From assembly GCA_043228905.1 (NCBI GenBank), contig JBHGNT010000001.1:28830001-28894000 (forward strand): a DNA stretch of 64,000 nucleotides, given 5' to 3'. This stretch comes from Azolla caroliniana. Taxonomy: Eukaryota > Plantae > Polypodiophyta. The notes under the pieces were generated by a model, which was not told the DNA's origin, searched no databases, and saw only the letters and a program-made list of their open reading frames with translations. Made by a program: the position numbers and the translations under genes. Shown here in pieces: positions 23,601-36,900 of the stretch. Positions within the stretch are counted from its first letter, which is position 1. The number at the start of each line of letters is the position of its first letter.

Positions 23601-26346
23601 CCTGGGGGCATGCGCGTTCTACCACATATGGATCCCTCATTATGCCCACGTTGCGGAGCCGCTATACGAGTTGCTAAAGAAAGGGCGAAAATTCGAGTGG
23701 CGAGGCGAGCACACGGAGTCAGTCCGGAAGCTGAAGGAAGCTCTTGCGGCAGCACCGGCGCTCCGGAAGGCTGTCTACGAGAAGGGTACCCCGGTATACA
23801 TAATGGTGGATACGAGTCCGACCGGGATCGGATGGGTCGTCAACCAAGAAGACGGGGACGGCACCCAGTTCCCGATCCGATTCGGCGCTAAGGTCCTCAG
23901 TGAACGACAGCGAGGGTACGCCCAGCTTAAACGCGAACTCTGGGGTATCGTTTCGGCAGTAAAGGCCGACAAAGATTACCTGATCGGGACAGAAGTGGTT
24001 ATCGAGACGAATTTCCTGCCGATTCTCGGCATGGTTTCCGGATGCGCGACACCGGACCTGGCGATGCTCCGGTGGATAGCGTACATCAAGTCCCTGGACC
24101 CGGAAATACGGCACATTTCCGGAAAGGACAACGCCATGGCCGACATGCTTTCGAGGGCAAGGTTTGATGACGAGGGCGGCATGGTTTCGGAGGACGAAGA
24201 AGTCGGCGTGGACTTCTTCGAGGCAGCATACGTAACGGCCGATGGGACGAGCACTCCGGCACTTAACGACTTCGACGAGAGCAAGTACGACATCGAGTGG
24301 CTCCAGATCGGTGGGTTTTTGAGGACGATGACGCCGTATGCGTCATGGACGAGGGACGAGGCAAACCGGATTCGGAAGAAAGCATACTGATTCTTTCTCC
24401 GGGACGTATACTTATGGAAGCACCCGAAGAAGAGGAACGGCGTCCCGCTCCGGGTGGTAGCGATGAAGGAAGAACAGGAGGAGCTGTTGATGGCCTACCA
24501 CGACAGCCCTTGGGCTGGACACCGTGGAACGTGGGCCACGTTCGAGAAGATAAAGGGGAAGTACTGGTGGCCGGGACTGTACCGGGACGTGCATCGGTTC
24601 GTGACAACTTGCGAGAGCTGTCAGATGCACTCCATAGTCCGACATCGGGACGAGCTTCACCCTACGTACCCTCCGACCATCCACTTCAAATGGATGGTAG
24701 ATCTGGTGACGATGCCAATGGGAGTAGGACAGATGCGATATCTGGTCCTGGCTCGGGAAGATCTGACCAACCAGGTAGAAGGCCGAGCCCTTCAGAACAA
24801 AACGACCGCGGCCGTATGTCGGTTCCTGATTGAGGACGTGATATGCCGGTACGGGTGCGTCGGGAAGATCGTGGCTGATCGCGGGGAGTTGGACGCCGAA
24901 GAGGCCGAGGAGCTGTTCGACCGGCTAGGAGTCAAGCTCTCGCTTACCACTGCATACAATCCGGAGGCGAATGGGAAGGTAGAGCGCGGACACGGACCGA
25001 TCGTCAAGGCGTTGGTTCGGGCATGCGGAGGTCAAGTCGGGAACTGGCCGCAGCTGTTGCCTTACGCGTTGTGGGCGGACCGAACTACGCACAGCTCGGT
25101 AACCGGATTCATGCCGGCAGAGCTGATGTTTGGGCAGAAGCCGATCATGCCGATGGAACGCACGATCTCCTCTTGGGCCACCGTGGACTGGAGAGACGAG
25201 ATGAGCCGGGAGGAACTGTTGGCGGCGCGCATACGATAGCTCGAGCGAAGACCGGAGGACGTGGAGCAGGCCGCGGGAAAGCTTCGAGTGGCAAGGACGA
25301 GGAACAAAGCCCGGTTCGACCGAACGCACCGCCTCCGACCGAAGAGGATCAAGGAAGGCGACTTGGTGCTAGTCTACGACAGCAGCCTCGACAACCAGCA
25401 CCGAGCGACACGGAAGTTCGCAAGAAGGTGGTTCGGGCCTTACGTGGTACAAAGCGCCAACGACAACGGGACGTACCATCTGGCGGAACTCGACGGCACA
25501 AGAATAGCGATACCGGTAGCTGGGAAGCGGATCAAAGCGTTCAAGAAGCGTCACGACAATGAGCCGGATCCGGTTAACCTGGACCGGGACGACGAACGAT
25601 CCGAAACCGAGGAAGAACCGACGGGCGGGGAATGAAGGTTGGACCGGTTTTCTCCGTCCCAACACAATTTGGCGCATGCCGGTGGATGCGCGGTTAGGTG
25701 GGGGCGGATGTCGTGAAGAAAACCCTCCACGAGCGGAATCCGTGCACCTGAGCATAGAAACCGACTCTTCATGCACGTGCGCCTTAAGTTGTACGTAGGA
25801 GATCCTAGGTAGATTCGGTAGGTAGGGAGTAAAGGGGGAAACGGCTCCTTCCTTGCCTATAAAAGGAGGGAGACGAGGAGGGTAGAGGGATCGCGGAGAG
25901 TCGAGGACGAAGTGCTGTCGGTTTGCGTGCGAAGGCTTCTCTCTCTCTCTCTCTGGTTCGCAAACACCATAGCTTCCTTCTGTGCAGGTTTCGGGAGGCT
26001 CGCGCTGCTCTGAGGAATGCCCGAGTGCTTCCGGCAGCACCTCCAACCTGTTCCTGTCTTTCTATGCGTTTACGAACAGGTATCGGCATCTGTTCGCCGG
26101 CCTGTTCGGTTGTAACCGACTTCGTGTTTTGTTGTCTTCGTGTTCTTGTGGTTTGTCTTTGTTAATACATACATACATTCGTGTCTTTCTGTGTCGTTGT
26201 CCCACTTGCGTCTTTGCGTCGAAGGGTCGTGTCCCTGTGGATCTACGCTCGCACGTAGAGGGTTCTTCCCCTTTCTCTCTCGCTCTTTGGTACAGGACCC
26301 CCGAGGTTCCGCCTCATTCCACGCATCCGCGAGGAATACCTCGACA
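20649..26346 (+). mobile_element. Ty3/gypsy element B (sister subfamily of A), 5'-deleted, nested in the 3' LTR of A
   Basis: Gag 3' part, protease (ALVDHGSEINLM, ending EDF* at 22141) and pol 22141-25635 with in-frame stops at 24388 and 25237. PPT at 25692-25708 and its own divergent 3' LTR 25709-26346 (TGTCGTG...CTCGACA), after which LTR A resumes at CCGT. Confidence 0.9.
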
Positions 26347-27199
26347 CCGTGTGCTTCCGGCAGCACCTCCATCCTATCCCCATTTCGCCGGCCTGTTCGG
26401 TTGTAGCCGCTCGCGTGTTCTGCTGTGTACTTGTTATTCATTAATATACAAACACTTGTCTCTCCCTGTCTCTGTGTCCATTCGCGTCTTTGTGTTGACG
26501 GGCCACGCCCCTGTGTTTCTTTGCTCATACGTGACCGGGCGTCTCTCTCCTTCTCTTTCCCCTTCTATCACCTGCTCTTCGGTTCAAGACCCCAGTGGTC
26601 CCACCTCGTTTCTCCACGCACGCGCGTAATAACGCGACGACGTGTAGTTTGACGGTCCTTTTTCCCGACTCGTTTTGGGATAGCAAAGACAGACGAAAAC
26701 AATGTCAATTTTAAGAAGTTGTAATTGCGTCATTTAAGTGCGAAATAAGAATTTGGCTTATCAGTTTTATGGCTATGCCACAAAGACAACACCATGTTTG
26801 GTGAGCATGATGAGTTGCCTTTGTTATTTGTCATGTGTGCCTTTTGAACCACTTAGTGAAGTGAAGCCCATCGACAACTGATGGACAGGCAAAGAGAGAC
26901 CATTGGAACTTTGCCACTCGAGAGGCGTATGTACATATAACTTGTCCTTATAGCTTCATTTACACAACACCTATAGCTACATACATAAATAGATATACAA
27001 ATAAAGGTATGTGATTCTAATCATAAATACTCGTACATTCTTCTATACCAACTTTTTTTTGTCATCATGTAGTGTGGAGTTTTCATTCTTGCACATTATG
27101 AGATTATCTATAAACATCTAGCCATTTAGTATAGGGTCACTCTTGTGGCATATTGGTGTCCCCTTCGGATTAGTTTCTTCAACTTGATAGTAGTATGTT

Positions 27200-28820
27200 T
27201 TAATGAGCTCTTTGTTAAGAGCTTGGAAATGTTGGCTTCCTAATCTTGTGCATAAACGTCCAGTATGGGAGGACGAGTGGAAAAGGCAACCAAATTGTTG
27301 GAACCCCTTGATTCAAGATGATTATGGTAATATGTTGGGAAGATGGACAATATTAAATTGGGCGGCGATTGATGATGCATTTGCGGCTAATGTTGGTACA
27401 TGGTTGAACTTTAATCAATTTTCTAGGGATGTTAAGGAACAAGCTTTGAAATCAATAAGAGGTGGTAAGTTAATGTTAAAAGAAATAAGTAACGTTTGTA
27501 ACAAGCTCTTGCCTTCTTCTTTTAATTCAAACCATGTATAGTACGGGGCATTCTCTTCTTTTAATGTCTTGATTGGAGCAAGAGCTTATACATCTAATCT
27601 ATCCTTCTTGGCATATGAAATGACATCTGAGGGAATATTGCAATGGGTCCTTATGGAGGATGACCTTCTCAATTTAGTGGAGAGGAAGCCATTGGGATAT
27701 TTGGCTTTGTGGTAGTAAACCCTTATTGGAGTTAGAATGGGATCCATCAGAATGGTGGTAGAGAGATGTTAATGGTAAGATGGTTTCTTTCTTTGATTAC
27801 ACTGTAAAATTAGGTAGGGAATTCCAATGAAGGAGGAATCCAGTTATGCCAGTTATAGCTAAAGTATGGTCAAGTAATAACATTCCTATGCATGCAGTAT
27901 TGCCATATTGGTAATGGTTGTAGGCTCTGCAGATTCCTTGCAAAATCATTACATTTAGATGGTTATGTGTCAATTATGCACTTCCAATCTTGGAATGGAT
28001 GAGGGAAGCAAAACTTGCTCTTTTTGTGGGTTTCATATGGAATCAATGCAACATGCATTATGGAATTGTATGGCTCCAAGTTTTGTTTGGAAACGTTTGT
28101 TGTGCCTCATTGATGTTGCGTATGAACATACTGTGATTAAATGGGGAAATGTCTTTTGGATGGATGTAAATGTGGATAAGCATAATTATGAAAGGTAAAA
28201 AATATTATTTACCGCACTTGCCAAGACGCTTTCAGTCCAAGAACAAGTCTCTTGGAATGCACCGATTGTAGGATATGCTAAGAATGGGGAAATTTGAGGA
28301 AGTGCTCAATCATTTCTATCAAATGAAGGATCCATGGCTAGCCATTGTCTTACGCAAGACAGGTTGGGAAGAATTGTTGCTTCCTTTCCATCTATTTTGA
28401 TATGCCTTTTTAAAACTAATGGAAAGATATGTTATTTGGAAAATAAATAAATTTATTTACCTTTCAAACTAGGGGAAGACAAGTTAAGGACGTACCATAT
28501 TCAGGCTCAAATTGGTTGAATGTAGGTGCTAGAGTATGGGCTACGATATCATCGATGATTTTGTGGAATATATGGATAATTAGATGCAAAAATGTGTTTC
28601 AACAAATAAAGCACAATCATGTTCATTGTGTGAAGGAAAGTTGGCCGATGCTTATTTCAATTTTAAAAGGTCAATATGACTCATTCACTGTTAATGAAGA
28701 TACCATTTTTCTTAAATAACGGTCTTCTAAAGGCAAGTGGAAGGATTTGTTCGTCTTTGTAGAGATAAATGATAGAATGGTTGGCAATATCTACCCCCTC
28801 GATGGTTGTTTTCTCCATAG
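27200..28820 (+). mobile_element. Degenerate LINE (L1-like) ORF2 3' fragment
   Basis: Remnants of a zf-RVT region (IPCKIITFRW...CSFCG...ESMQHALWNC...VWKRL) and the typical WNIWIIRCKNVF motif; many stops. Confidence 0.7.
28229..28330 (+). pseudogene. Single PPR-motif fragment embedded in the LINE remnant
   Basis: Translates LSVQEQVSWNAPIVGYAKNGE/(+1 shift)FEEVLNHFYQMK, matching a P-type PPR consensus (VSWNALIxGYAxxG..EEAL..F.QM). Confidence 0.65.
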
Positions 28821-29819
28821 GTGGAGTTTGTTTTAGCTTATGACATAGTGGGGGATATAACCTTTTTTCTCTACTATATTCACCTTCACTAGATCGTATG
28901 CTCTATACATGCTTATTGGATTTGTAATGGAAACTAAGGTGTAGTTATTACATATTATTATATATATACATGTCTGTGTGTGTGTGTTAATGAGAATGAT
29001 TAAAATAGTTGGACCCTGTTAGATGCCCAATTATTGAGAAACCTTAATTAGTTTATTGAGGTGGTGAATATTTCCATCTTTCTTTCATAGCAACGTGTTA
29101 AATATTAGTGGGGTTGTTCTTCTGTAATATAAAAGAAGATACTTAAATATATATTTTATTTATTTTTACGACGATTGTGTAATTAAACATAGTTAAATGT
29201 ATATATAAAATCAAGCATGTTGCTAACTCACTCATGATGTAGCTCATGAATGTAGAATGATTAGGTGCAATATGGAGCAACATGAATAAAAAAGATTTGT
29301 CGCTTGGATAAGGCAACCATTGTCATCATGGAAAGATTGAAAATGTCAGAGTATATGGAGTGTAAATGTCTATTTCATCAAAACAATAATAGACATGTTC
29401 TTATCAATGGACCAATACCCATTAAAGAGGTTATTCAATGTTGAGGAAGTTGACAAAATTGTCTTTTGTTCCCACTTTTCTATAATGGGGAGCATCAAGT
29501 GCAAATGTCATATCTTTTGTGCTTCAACAAGCCACATTTTTTATTGTTGATATGACCTTGCATGTTTTAAACTAGCAATGCCTTGTTAATCGCGCACAAT
29601 GAACAAACTATAGAGATTGCATTTACATGTGTAATATTCCATTCCGTAGTTAGCCATCTTATACCTGAGAATGGTAGAACATTTATGAATATAGAGCCCA
29701 CAAAAGCTAGTCATAGTATATTGTTATATTCCCACGTCCATTGTCACCTACTAATGCACTTGCACACCCCATGATGTTGTTACAACCTAGGACTTCGTGC
29801 TGACATTATTATGCAACCT

Positions 29820-30175
29820 TAGCTAGCTCAATGTTATGCTCGACTCCATTGTCAACCTTTCATTCATTACTAGCTTATTGGGGATCAAAACTCTCAACCT
29901 CACTATCACCCACATGATTATGAGCCTAGGAGGCTCAACCCTCCCCATGTTCACTATAACTAGCTCAATGTTATGCTAGCTCGATTGTCAACATTGCATT
30001 CATTAATAGCTTAATGGGGATCAAAACTCACAACCTCACTATCACCCACATCGACTACGAAAAGAGGCTTGAGTTTCAACCCTCCCTATGTTATGCTCAA
30101 CCCCATTATCAACCTTTTTAATTCATTACTAGATTATTGGGGATCAAAACTCTCAACCTCACTATCACACACATC
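29820..30175. repeat. Three ~125-135-bp degenerate tandem repeats
   Basis: TGTTATGCT...CATTCATTACTAG.TTATTGGGGATCAAAACTCTCAACCTCACTATCAC.CACAT occurs three times. Confidence 0.8.
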
Positions 30176-30702
30176 GTGTCATTATGTTGTTCTTAGACCC
30201 ACATGCACTAATCATAACTTATAAGCACTGACTCCATTAACTCTAACCACACCATCTTTTGGACTACCCTCTACTTCACTAAATATAGTCGTGTTCCCTC
30301 GTGACATAGTCCACCACGCTTATAACAAACTGTTGAGAATCAAACTCAACTTCCTAGTGTTGGAACACACCTTAGTATACTCAAGTATATGAACACCCCA
30401 TCTCCTAGTATATAGTAACTAGTGTGTCATAGAACTTTAAGTCCACCTCTTTCCCAAGAGGCGGTTCTAGTGAGAGAACTTAGAGAGAAGGTTACTACAT
30501 AAGCACCTTCTCCTTCTCTTTGTAATAGTTGGTTGGTTCATTCTTGATTCTTGTTAATACAGTTTTCTTGTTTTTTGTATACATTGTTCTCTCTCTCTCT
30601 CTCTCTCTCTCATAAGCACCTTCTCTCCTTCTCTTTGTAATAGTTGGTTGGTTCATTCTTGATTCTTGTTAATACAGTTTTCTTGTTTTTTGTATACATT
30701 GT

Positions 30703-30772
<70 letters not shown>

Positions 30773-31481
30773 CTCTTATGTTGCATAGAATCACTCCTGA
30801 TTCTTTATATGGTATCAGAGTGCTTGATAGCTTGATCCAAGTCCATCTACGTGTGTTGTGCCTAAGCCCATGTTCACGATGAACTAACTAAACATTGTAG
30901 CAACAACCTACACAGTTCACATCACAAAGAAGAAGAAGAAGTTCAACATGAATACCCAGATGGGAAGCGCTCTTCCTACCGAGAAACTCGACAGAAACAA
31001 CTTAACATCTTGGGAGTACAAGATGCATCAATACCATGTTAGTCCAGGCTATTGGAGCTATCTCGAGGGAGCAAAAGAAAATCAACCCAACCCAGCACAT
31101 GCCAACCATCGAGCTTGGGAGCAAGCGGCAAGTTGCGTGATGTATTGCCTTACATCATGTGTTCATGTATTGCTATGTCGAGGGAGCACAAGAAAATCAA
31201 CCCAACCTGAAACATGCTGACCATTGAGCTTGGAGCAAACGGCGAGTCGCATGTTGTATTGTCTTGCATCATGCATTCATGATCACATGCTCGGCTACAT
31301 CTAAGAGGCCAAAACGCCAAAAGAGGCATTGGGGAACTTCGAAAAGATATTTGTGGCGAACATAACTGCACGAAAGCTTCAACTTTGACAAGAGTTAAAC
31401 AACCTACAATAGAGGGATATGTCAATCGGCAACTACACCTTGAAGATGGAGTTGTGCAACTCCCTCGGGTCGATCAATGTT

Positions 31482-32076
31482 TGACGGGAACTCAAGGCTC
31501 CTTATACGCAACGCTCGGCCACAACCGAGCTTAGAATCACACACAGAAAACGGGAAATAATGAACGACACAAAGAAGAGACGAGTACGCAGAATGTTTAC
31601 GTGGAAAACCCAAACTAAGGGGAAAAACCACGGCAGCCCACAGGATGCAAACTATCACTATGTTAGAGTGTACAACAGTGAGTTCACGGAGGCAACGACC
31701 TCGTGCTCACGATCCTCGCCACAGGCGGCGGTTACAACAGAGGCAACGACCTCTTTCTCTCTCACTCTCTCTGTACAAAGTTACGCGCTCTCTTTCTCCT
31801 TGCACCAACAAGAAAATGACAACAACAGTAACTCAAAGGTTGCCCTAAGTCATATTTGTACTAATATGACTTTTCGGCTATTTACAAATATAGCCTCGAT
31901 GGACTCTCAGAAACATATTTACGAATATGTCTCTTCATCCGGTGAGCAGTTCTCACCGGGTCTGCACCATCCGGCTCTCCGTAGCCGGGTACTCCTCATC
32001 CGGTTTCGGCCTCGGCCGAGTTTGTTCATCGGCACTGTTCTTCTCTCTTCCATCCGGAGGGACTTGTCTCCCAACA
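31482..32076 (-). mobile_element. Solo LTR (copia-like) inserted in gag of element C
   Basis: TG...CA ends with flanks ATGTT/ATGTC (5-bp TSD, one mismatch). Gag reading GSINV|NIANDEMV resumes after it. Contains a GTGGAAAACCC...GGAAAAACCACGG motif typical of reverse-oriented copia LTRs. Confidence 0.75.
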
Positions 32077-32619
32077 ATGTCAACATTGCCAACGATGAAA
32101 TGGTTTAGATATGCCTCGGCGGGCTAGCACCTTGATTCAACGCAATAAGGCCGGTTGTCCTTGCGAGGGAGAATCCTCCCTCCTTCAATCTCCATTCAAT
32201 GCTACTGGTCGAAGAAAATCACGTCCAAACAAGAGGCAACGAATCAAACAGGCAAATCTCTACACGAGTTCGGACAGAAGAAGAGGGCAAGGCCATGGAA
32301 GAAGGGACCAATCAGGACGAGACCGAAACAACCAAAGGTAGTCCCATGAGCACAACTTCCTCTACCGACAAGACGTCGCAAACTCACAAGGAGGAGCGTC
32401 TGGAAGAAGGGGGAGCAATCATGCCGGCCCGAGCCGTCAAAACAACTCCACCCAATGCAGATATTGTAACAAGTTTAGCCACTACGAGGTAGAGTGTTGA
32501 AAGAAGAAGAGTGAGTGAGCCCTCACAAGCCAACAACTCACCAATTACGCCTCCAACTCTGACTATGATGATCGTGACAGAATGTTTGTAATGAGGCACA
32601 TAACGAACTCATTGACGAC

Positions 32620-32705
32620 TGTTGGGGACAAGGTTGTCAATGCGGAAGAACAAACAACATCTGTGATGTTGAAGGACCTGTGTATGAGAATGAACAACAT
32701 ACACA

Positions 32706-32737
<32 letters not shown>

Positions 32738-33932
32738 TCAGCACAAAGAAACGTTTTATTTTTTAATAACAATAGTTACAAATGACAACCACCCTTTACT
32801 AAAGGTTACAAAGTCACTTTATATAGTGACTATCCTAGGGCAACTGCCCTTTATGCTATTTACAAAAAAAGCCCAAACTTGGGTTGTCCAAAGGGACAGT
32901 GTGAATACGGCAATTACACACTCGTATTCAACACTCCCTCGTAATGGGCGTATACATGGGTTATCTTAAATTACAGGTATATACAAGGTTTATCGGACAG
33001 ATCGGTTTTGTTCGAGTCGGCAAGATCTGAAGACGGAAGGTCGAACCGGTCGTGTCGGAAAAGCTGAAGTCGATCCTCAAAGAACCGATCGGTTGTCCGA
33101 AACCATCCTGTGTTGTGTGTCCGACTTTTTAACTGGACCGATTTTTCGTTACGCCCATATGGTGCCGAACGGACCCGAAGCGATCCGCTGAAAGACACTT
33201 GGTCATTCCATCTGCAACATTATCGGTTGTGGATATCTTCTCGAGATCGATTTTCCCTGAAATGATGCAGTCCCGAACAAAATGATATCGAACATCAATA
33301 TGCTTGGAGGCATTGTGGTGAACCAGATTTTTTGACAAAGCAACAACACCCTGACTGTCGTTGTAGACAACTGGAGCTAAGTCGAGGTCGACTTGTCGAG
33401 ACGTGTGCTCCAGCCGACCGAGCCATAAAGCTTATTTTGCCGCATCGGACGCAACTACATATTCCGCTTCGGTCGTTGAGGTGGTTGTGCACTCCTGAAG
33501 TTTCGACTTCCACGAGATTGCTCCATTGCCGAATTTGAAACAATATCCAGTTGTTGATTTCCGACTATCCACACAGCCGGCGAAGTCCGAGTCGGTGTAA
33601 CCGACTACGCCAGAGGTTGAGTTCGGGCCAAAAAGAATGTCGTGGTCTTTTGTGCCAGTTAGATATCTTAACACATGCTTGACTGCGTTCCAGTGCGATC
33701 GGCCTGGGTTGTGCATGAACATGATGACGACTCCTACAACGTGAGAAATATCAGGCCGTTGTCGCGTTGTTACGTGCATGCGTGGAGAAAGGCGGGACCA
33801 CGGGGGTCTTGGACTAGGGAGTGACGGAGCGTAGGAAGTCGTACTTCACCGTTTCCAGGGCATCCCAGAAGCACACCAGAAGCAACCGAAGGGAGAGAGA
33901 GAAAGAGAGGGAGCGCGCGCTTGACACCGACT

Positions 33933-33982
<50 letters not shown>

Positions 33983-36900
33983 CCGACCCGACTCGCGCCC
34001 TTATGTACAGGAAACGCAGGAAAGGGGAAGCACCCGACACCAACAGAGACACGAGTATACACAGACAGACGCAAAAGTATGTATTACAAGGGAAAGAATA
34101 CAACCCCGGCTTCGAGCCGGGCCAAGGTAGGTTACAATAGTCGTCGGTTGCCCAGCCGCCGGTCGGGGAGCTCACGGGTTTGTCGCGCCGAGCGGGGTCT
34201 TGCATAGGAGACGAGCTGAAGCAAACCCTAAGCGAACACAAAGGGGGGGGGGGGGGGGGAGAAAAAGAAGAAGAAGAAGAAGAAGGAATGTAACTAACCC
34301 TAAATCTAACGGTATACCCTCTAACGCAAAATGGGCAACCCCTCTACAAGGGACCATCCCTTCCTTTTATAGAATAAGGAGAGGGATGCGTTACAATGTG
34401 GGATAAATCCCGACTTACATGGGATCGTCTGTCCCGACTTGACTACTCTTCAGCGCCATAAAGGCACCCTCGTTATTCACACTAAATGTACAAGGGTGAG
34501 CACACATGCTGCACCCCGCCGATGTAGCCAATGTTTCTCGGTTTCCGCCTCTGGCCGAAATTCTTCACGACACCGTGTTGCGACCATCGTGTACATAAGG
34601 GAGCCGACTGTCAGTGCATACGCTACCAACTTCATATCTTCCCCCTCCGGACCAGATGTCGGGCGGTCTCACTAAGACAGCTAAAGGTTAATGGGGAGCG
34701 GGGTCGAAGCAAACTTGGCCGAGTGCATGTTGAAGCGTTCCAAGACATGTCTGATGTAGTTGGTTTGAGACAAGAAAAGTTGTCGTTTATCGTGATGCCG
34801 ACTAATCTTCATACCAAGTATGTGTCTTGCCGGACCGAGGTCCTTCATGGCAAACTTCAGCCGCAGTCTCCGAACGAGTTCGGTGAGCTCTCCGGCATGT
34901 CGTCCACGTAAGTGATGAGGAAGACAAGAGACCCATCTTGAGTTGTTTTGGTGAAGAGACAGTGGTCCTCATCGCTCTTGGAGAAGCCGACCGACTAGAT
35001 GAAGTTGTTGAACTTCCTGTACCACTGTCGGGGTGCTTGTCTCAGGCCGTATAAACTCTTCCTGAGTCAGCACACTAGATGTTCCTGGTCGGATGCCACA
35101 AAGCCTTTCGGCTGCTCCATATAGATTTCCTCCTGTAGGTCACCGTGGAGGAATGTCGTTTTTACATCTAGTTGAATCAGCTCCACGTTGTCGACGACCA
35201 TGACGTCGAGCATGGAACAAAGGGTTGTCATTTTCACCACTGGTGTAAAGATTTCGTCGAAGTCGACGCCATATTCTTCTCGAAATCCCTTCGCAACTAA
35301 TCTGGCCTTGTACTTTGGGTTGGTCAAGTCTGATGTCTCTTTTAGTCGATAGACCCACTTACACGAAAGAGCATGTCGATTCTTCAGTAATTCAACCAAG
35401 TCCCAAGTCTTGTTTGCGCGAATGGAGTGCATTTCCGACTCCATCGCTAGATGCCAGGTGGCTAAGTTGGCAGATGTCGATGTTTCTTCGTAAGACGTCG
35501 GTGCGTCGGCGTTAGTGAAGAAAATTCTGAGAGAGTACCTTTTCGGAGGTTGCGATAGTCTCTCGGATCTTCGAGGTATGACTGAACTAGTTGCACCGGG
35601 TATAGTTGTCGGATGGTCGAAAGCCGAGCCATTCGGTTGTGATGAATCGATGGATTCAAGACGGGAGGTGTCAGTTACCCATGAAACCAATCTCGTGTTG
35701 TGGGTTGGGCCTTCATGAAGGGTTGGCACTTCGGAAAATATTACCCTTCAAACTTCAATAGGCCTTTCAGTCGTTTTATGCATAGCTGACTCGTTGAACA
35801 CGACGTCCAAACTTCGGACGATTTGTCTGTGCTCGGGGTCCCAAAGTTGGTATCTAATCTTGCCGTTGGGTCCATATCCAAGGAAAATGCATTTCCTTGA
35901 TCTTGGTTCGAGTTTCCGACGGTCGTCTTTCGGTATGAGGGCATACGCCTCGCAACCGAAGATCCTCAGCTTGTCATAATTCGGCTTTCTGCCGGTCCAT
36001 GTTTCCTGAGGTATTTTAAGTCCTAGAGGTCTACTTGGCAACATATTTATTATGTGTACTGCCCTAAGTAGAGCCTCCGCCCAGAAGCCATCCGACAGTC
36101 CTAAGTGTTGGAGCATGGATATTATGTGTTCTTGAATCGTCTGATTCATGCGTTCAACAATTCCGTTCTACTCCGGACTATAGGGTGTCGTATATTCACA
36201 TTGAATGCCGCGTTCCCGGCAGAATTTGACGAATTCGTCAGACTTGGATTCTCCTCCATTATCGATTCGGAGACATTTTAGTTTCTGACTGATTTGGTTT
36301 TCGACCATTGCAAGCCATTCGGAGAAGATCGAGAACACCCGATCTTTGGTCCTAATGGGGTAAGCCCACACCTTCCGAGTCCAGTCGTCAATAAAACTAA
36401 CGAAGTACGAAGCACCGTCGAGAGACTAATGTGGCATCAGACCACAGACGTCCGAGTGGACCAAATTGAGGGAACTCGATTCTCTTGGTGCTGATGTCGG
36501 GTGTGATGCGGCTACCTATTTGTCGTATTGGCAATGCTCACAGAATTGGTGATCCGAGAAGGAGAGCTTGGGGATGTAACCGGCTCCGGATAGGTGCGTT
36601 ATGCCGGCCTTACTGAGGTGTCCAAGTCGTCCGTGCCATAACGATGACACGAGGATATCAACCAAAAATAAGTCACCCTCTTTGAGTGTGACATATAAAG
36701 GGTACAAAGAGTGTACCTTTGGTCCTCGAGCAAACAGGAGGTTCCCTTTGTGGAGTGTCCACCCTCCTAACGAGAACCCGTCACGGATGCCGGCTTCGTC
36801 AAGTTGTTCGACTGAGATCAAGGGTCTTGAAAGCTCAGGAACGTGTCGGACGTTGTGTAGTACGAGTGTAGAGCCACCTGGAAGGTTGAGCTCTACGGTG

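Larger units (their letters stand above)
14857..26639 (+). mobile_element. Ty3/gypsy LTR retrotransposon A (non-chromoviral type, tRNA-Trp PBS); 3' LTR split by element B
   Basis: 5' LTR 14857-15501 (TGTCGTG...CGCGACA), PBS 15506-15523. Gag from ~15547 with CCHC knuckle CMWCDEVGHIRKDC; protease ALVDHSSEINLM; pol 17650-20430 with RT FLDD, RNase H, integrase HHCC/DDE and GPY/F. PPT at 20406-20422. The 3' LTR is in two pieces, 20423-20648 and 26347-26639. 4-bp TSD ACGT at 14853-14856 and 26640-26643. Gag and protease carry stops and frameshifts. Confidence 0.93.

Noticed and set aside
14857-26639. Tandem two-element array sharing a central LTR
   Set aside because: LTR pieces and TSDs fit nested insertion plus deletion better.
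29820-30175. CRISPR-like appearance of spaced repeats (also 52124-52512 and 55020-55590)
   Set aside because: Eukaryotic context, long degenerate units with related rather than unique spacers, and no cas genes.
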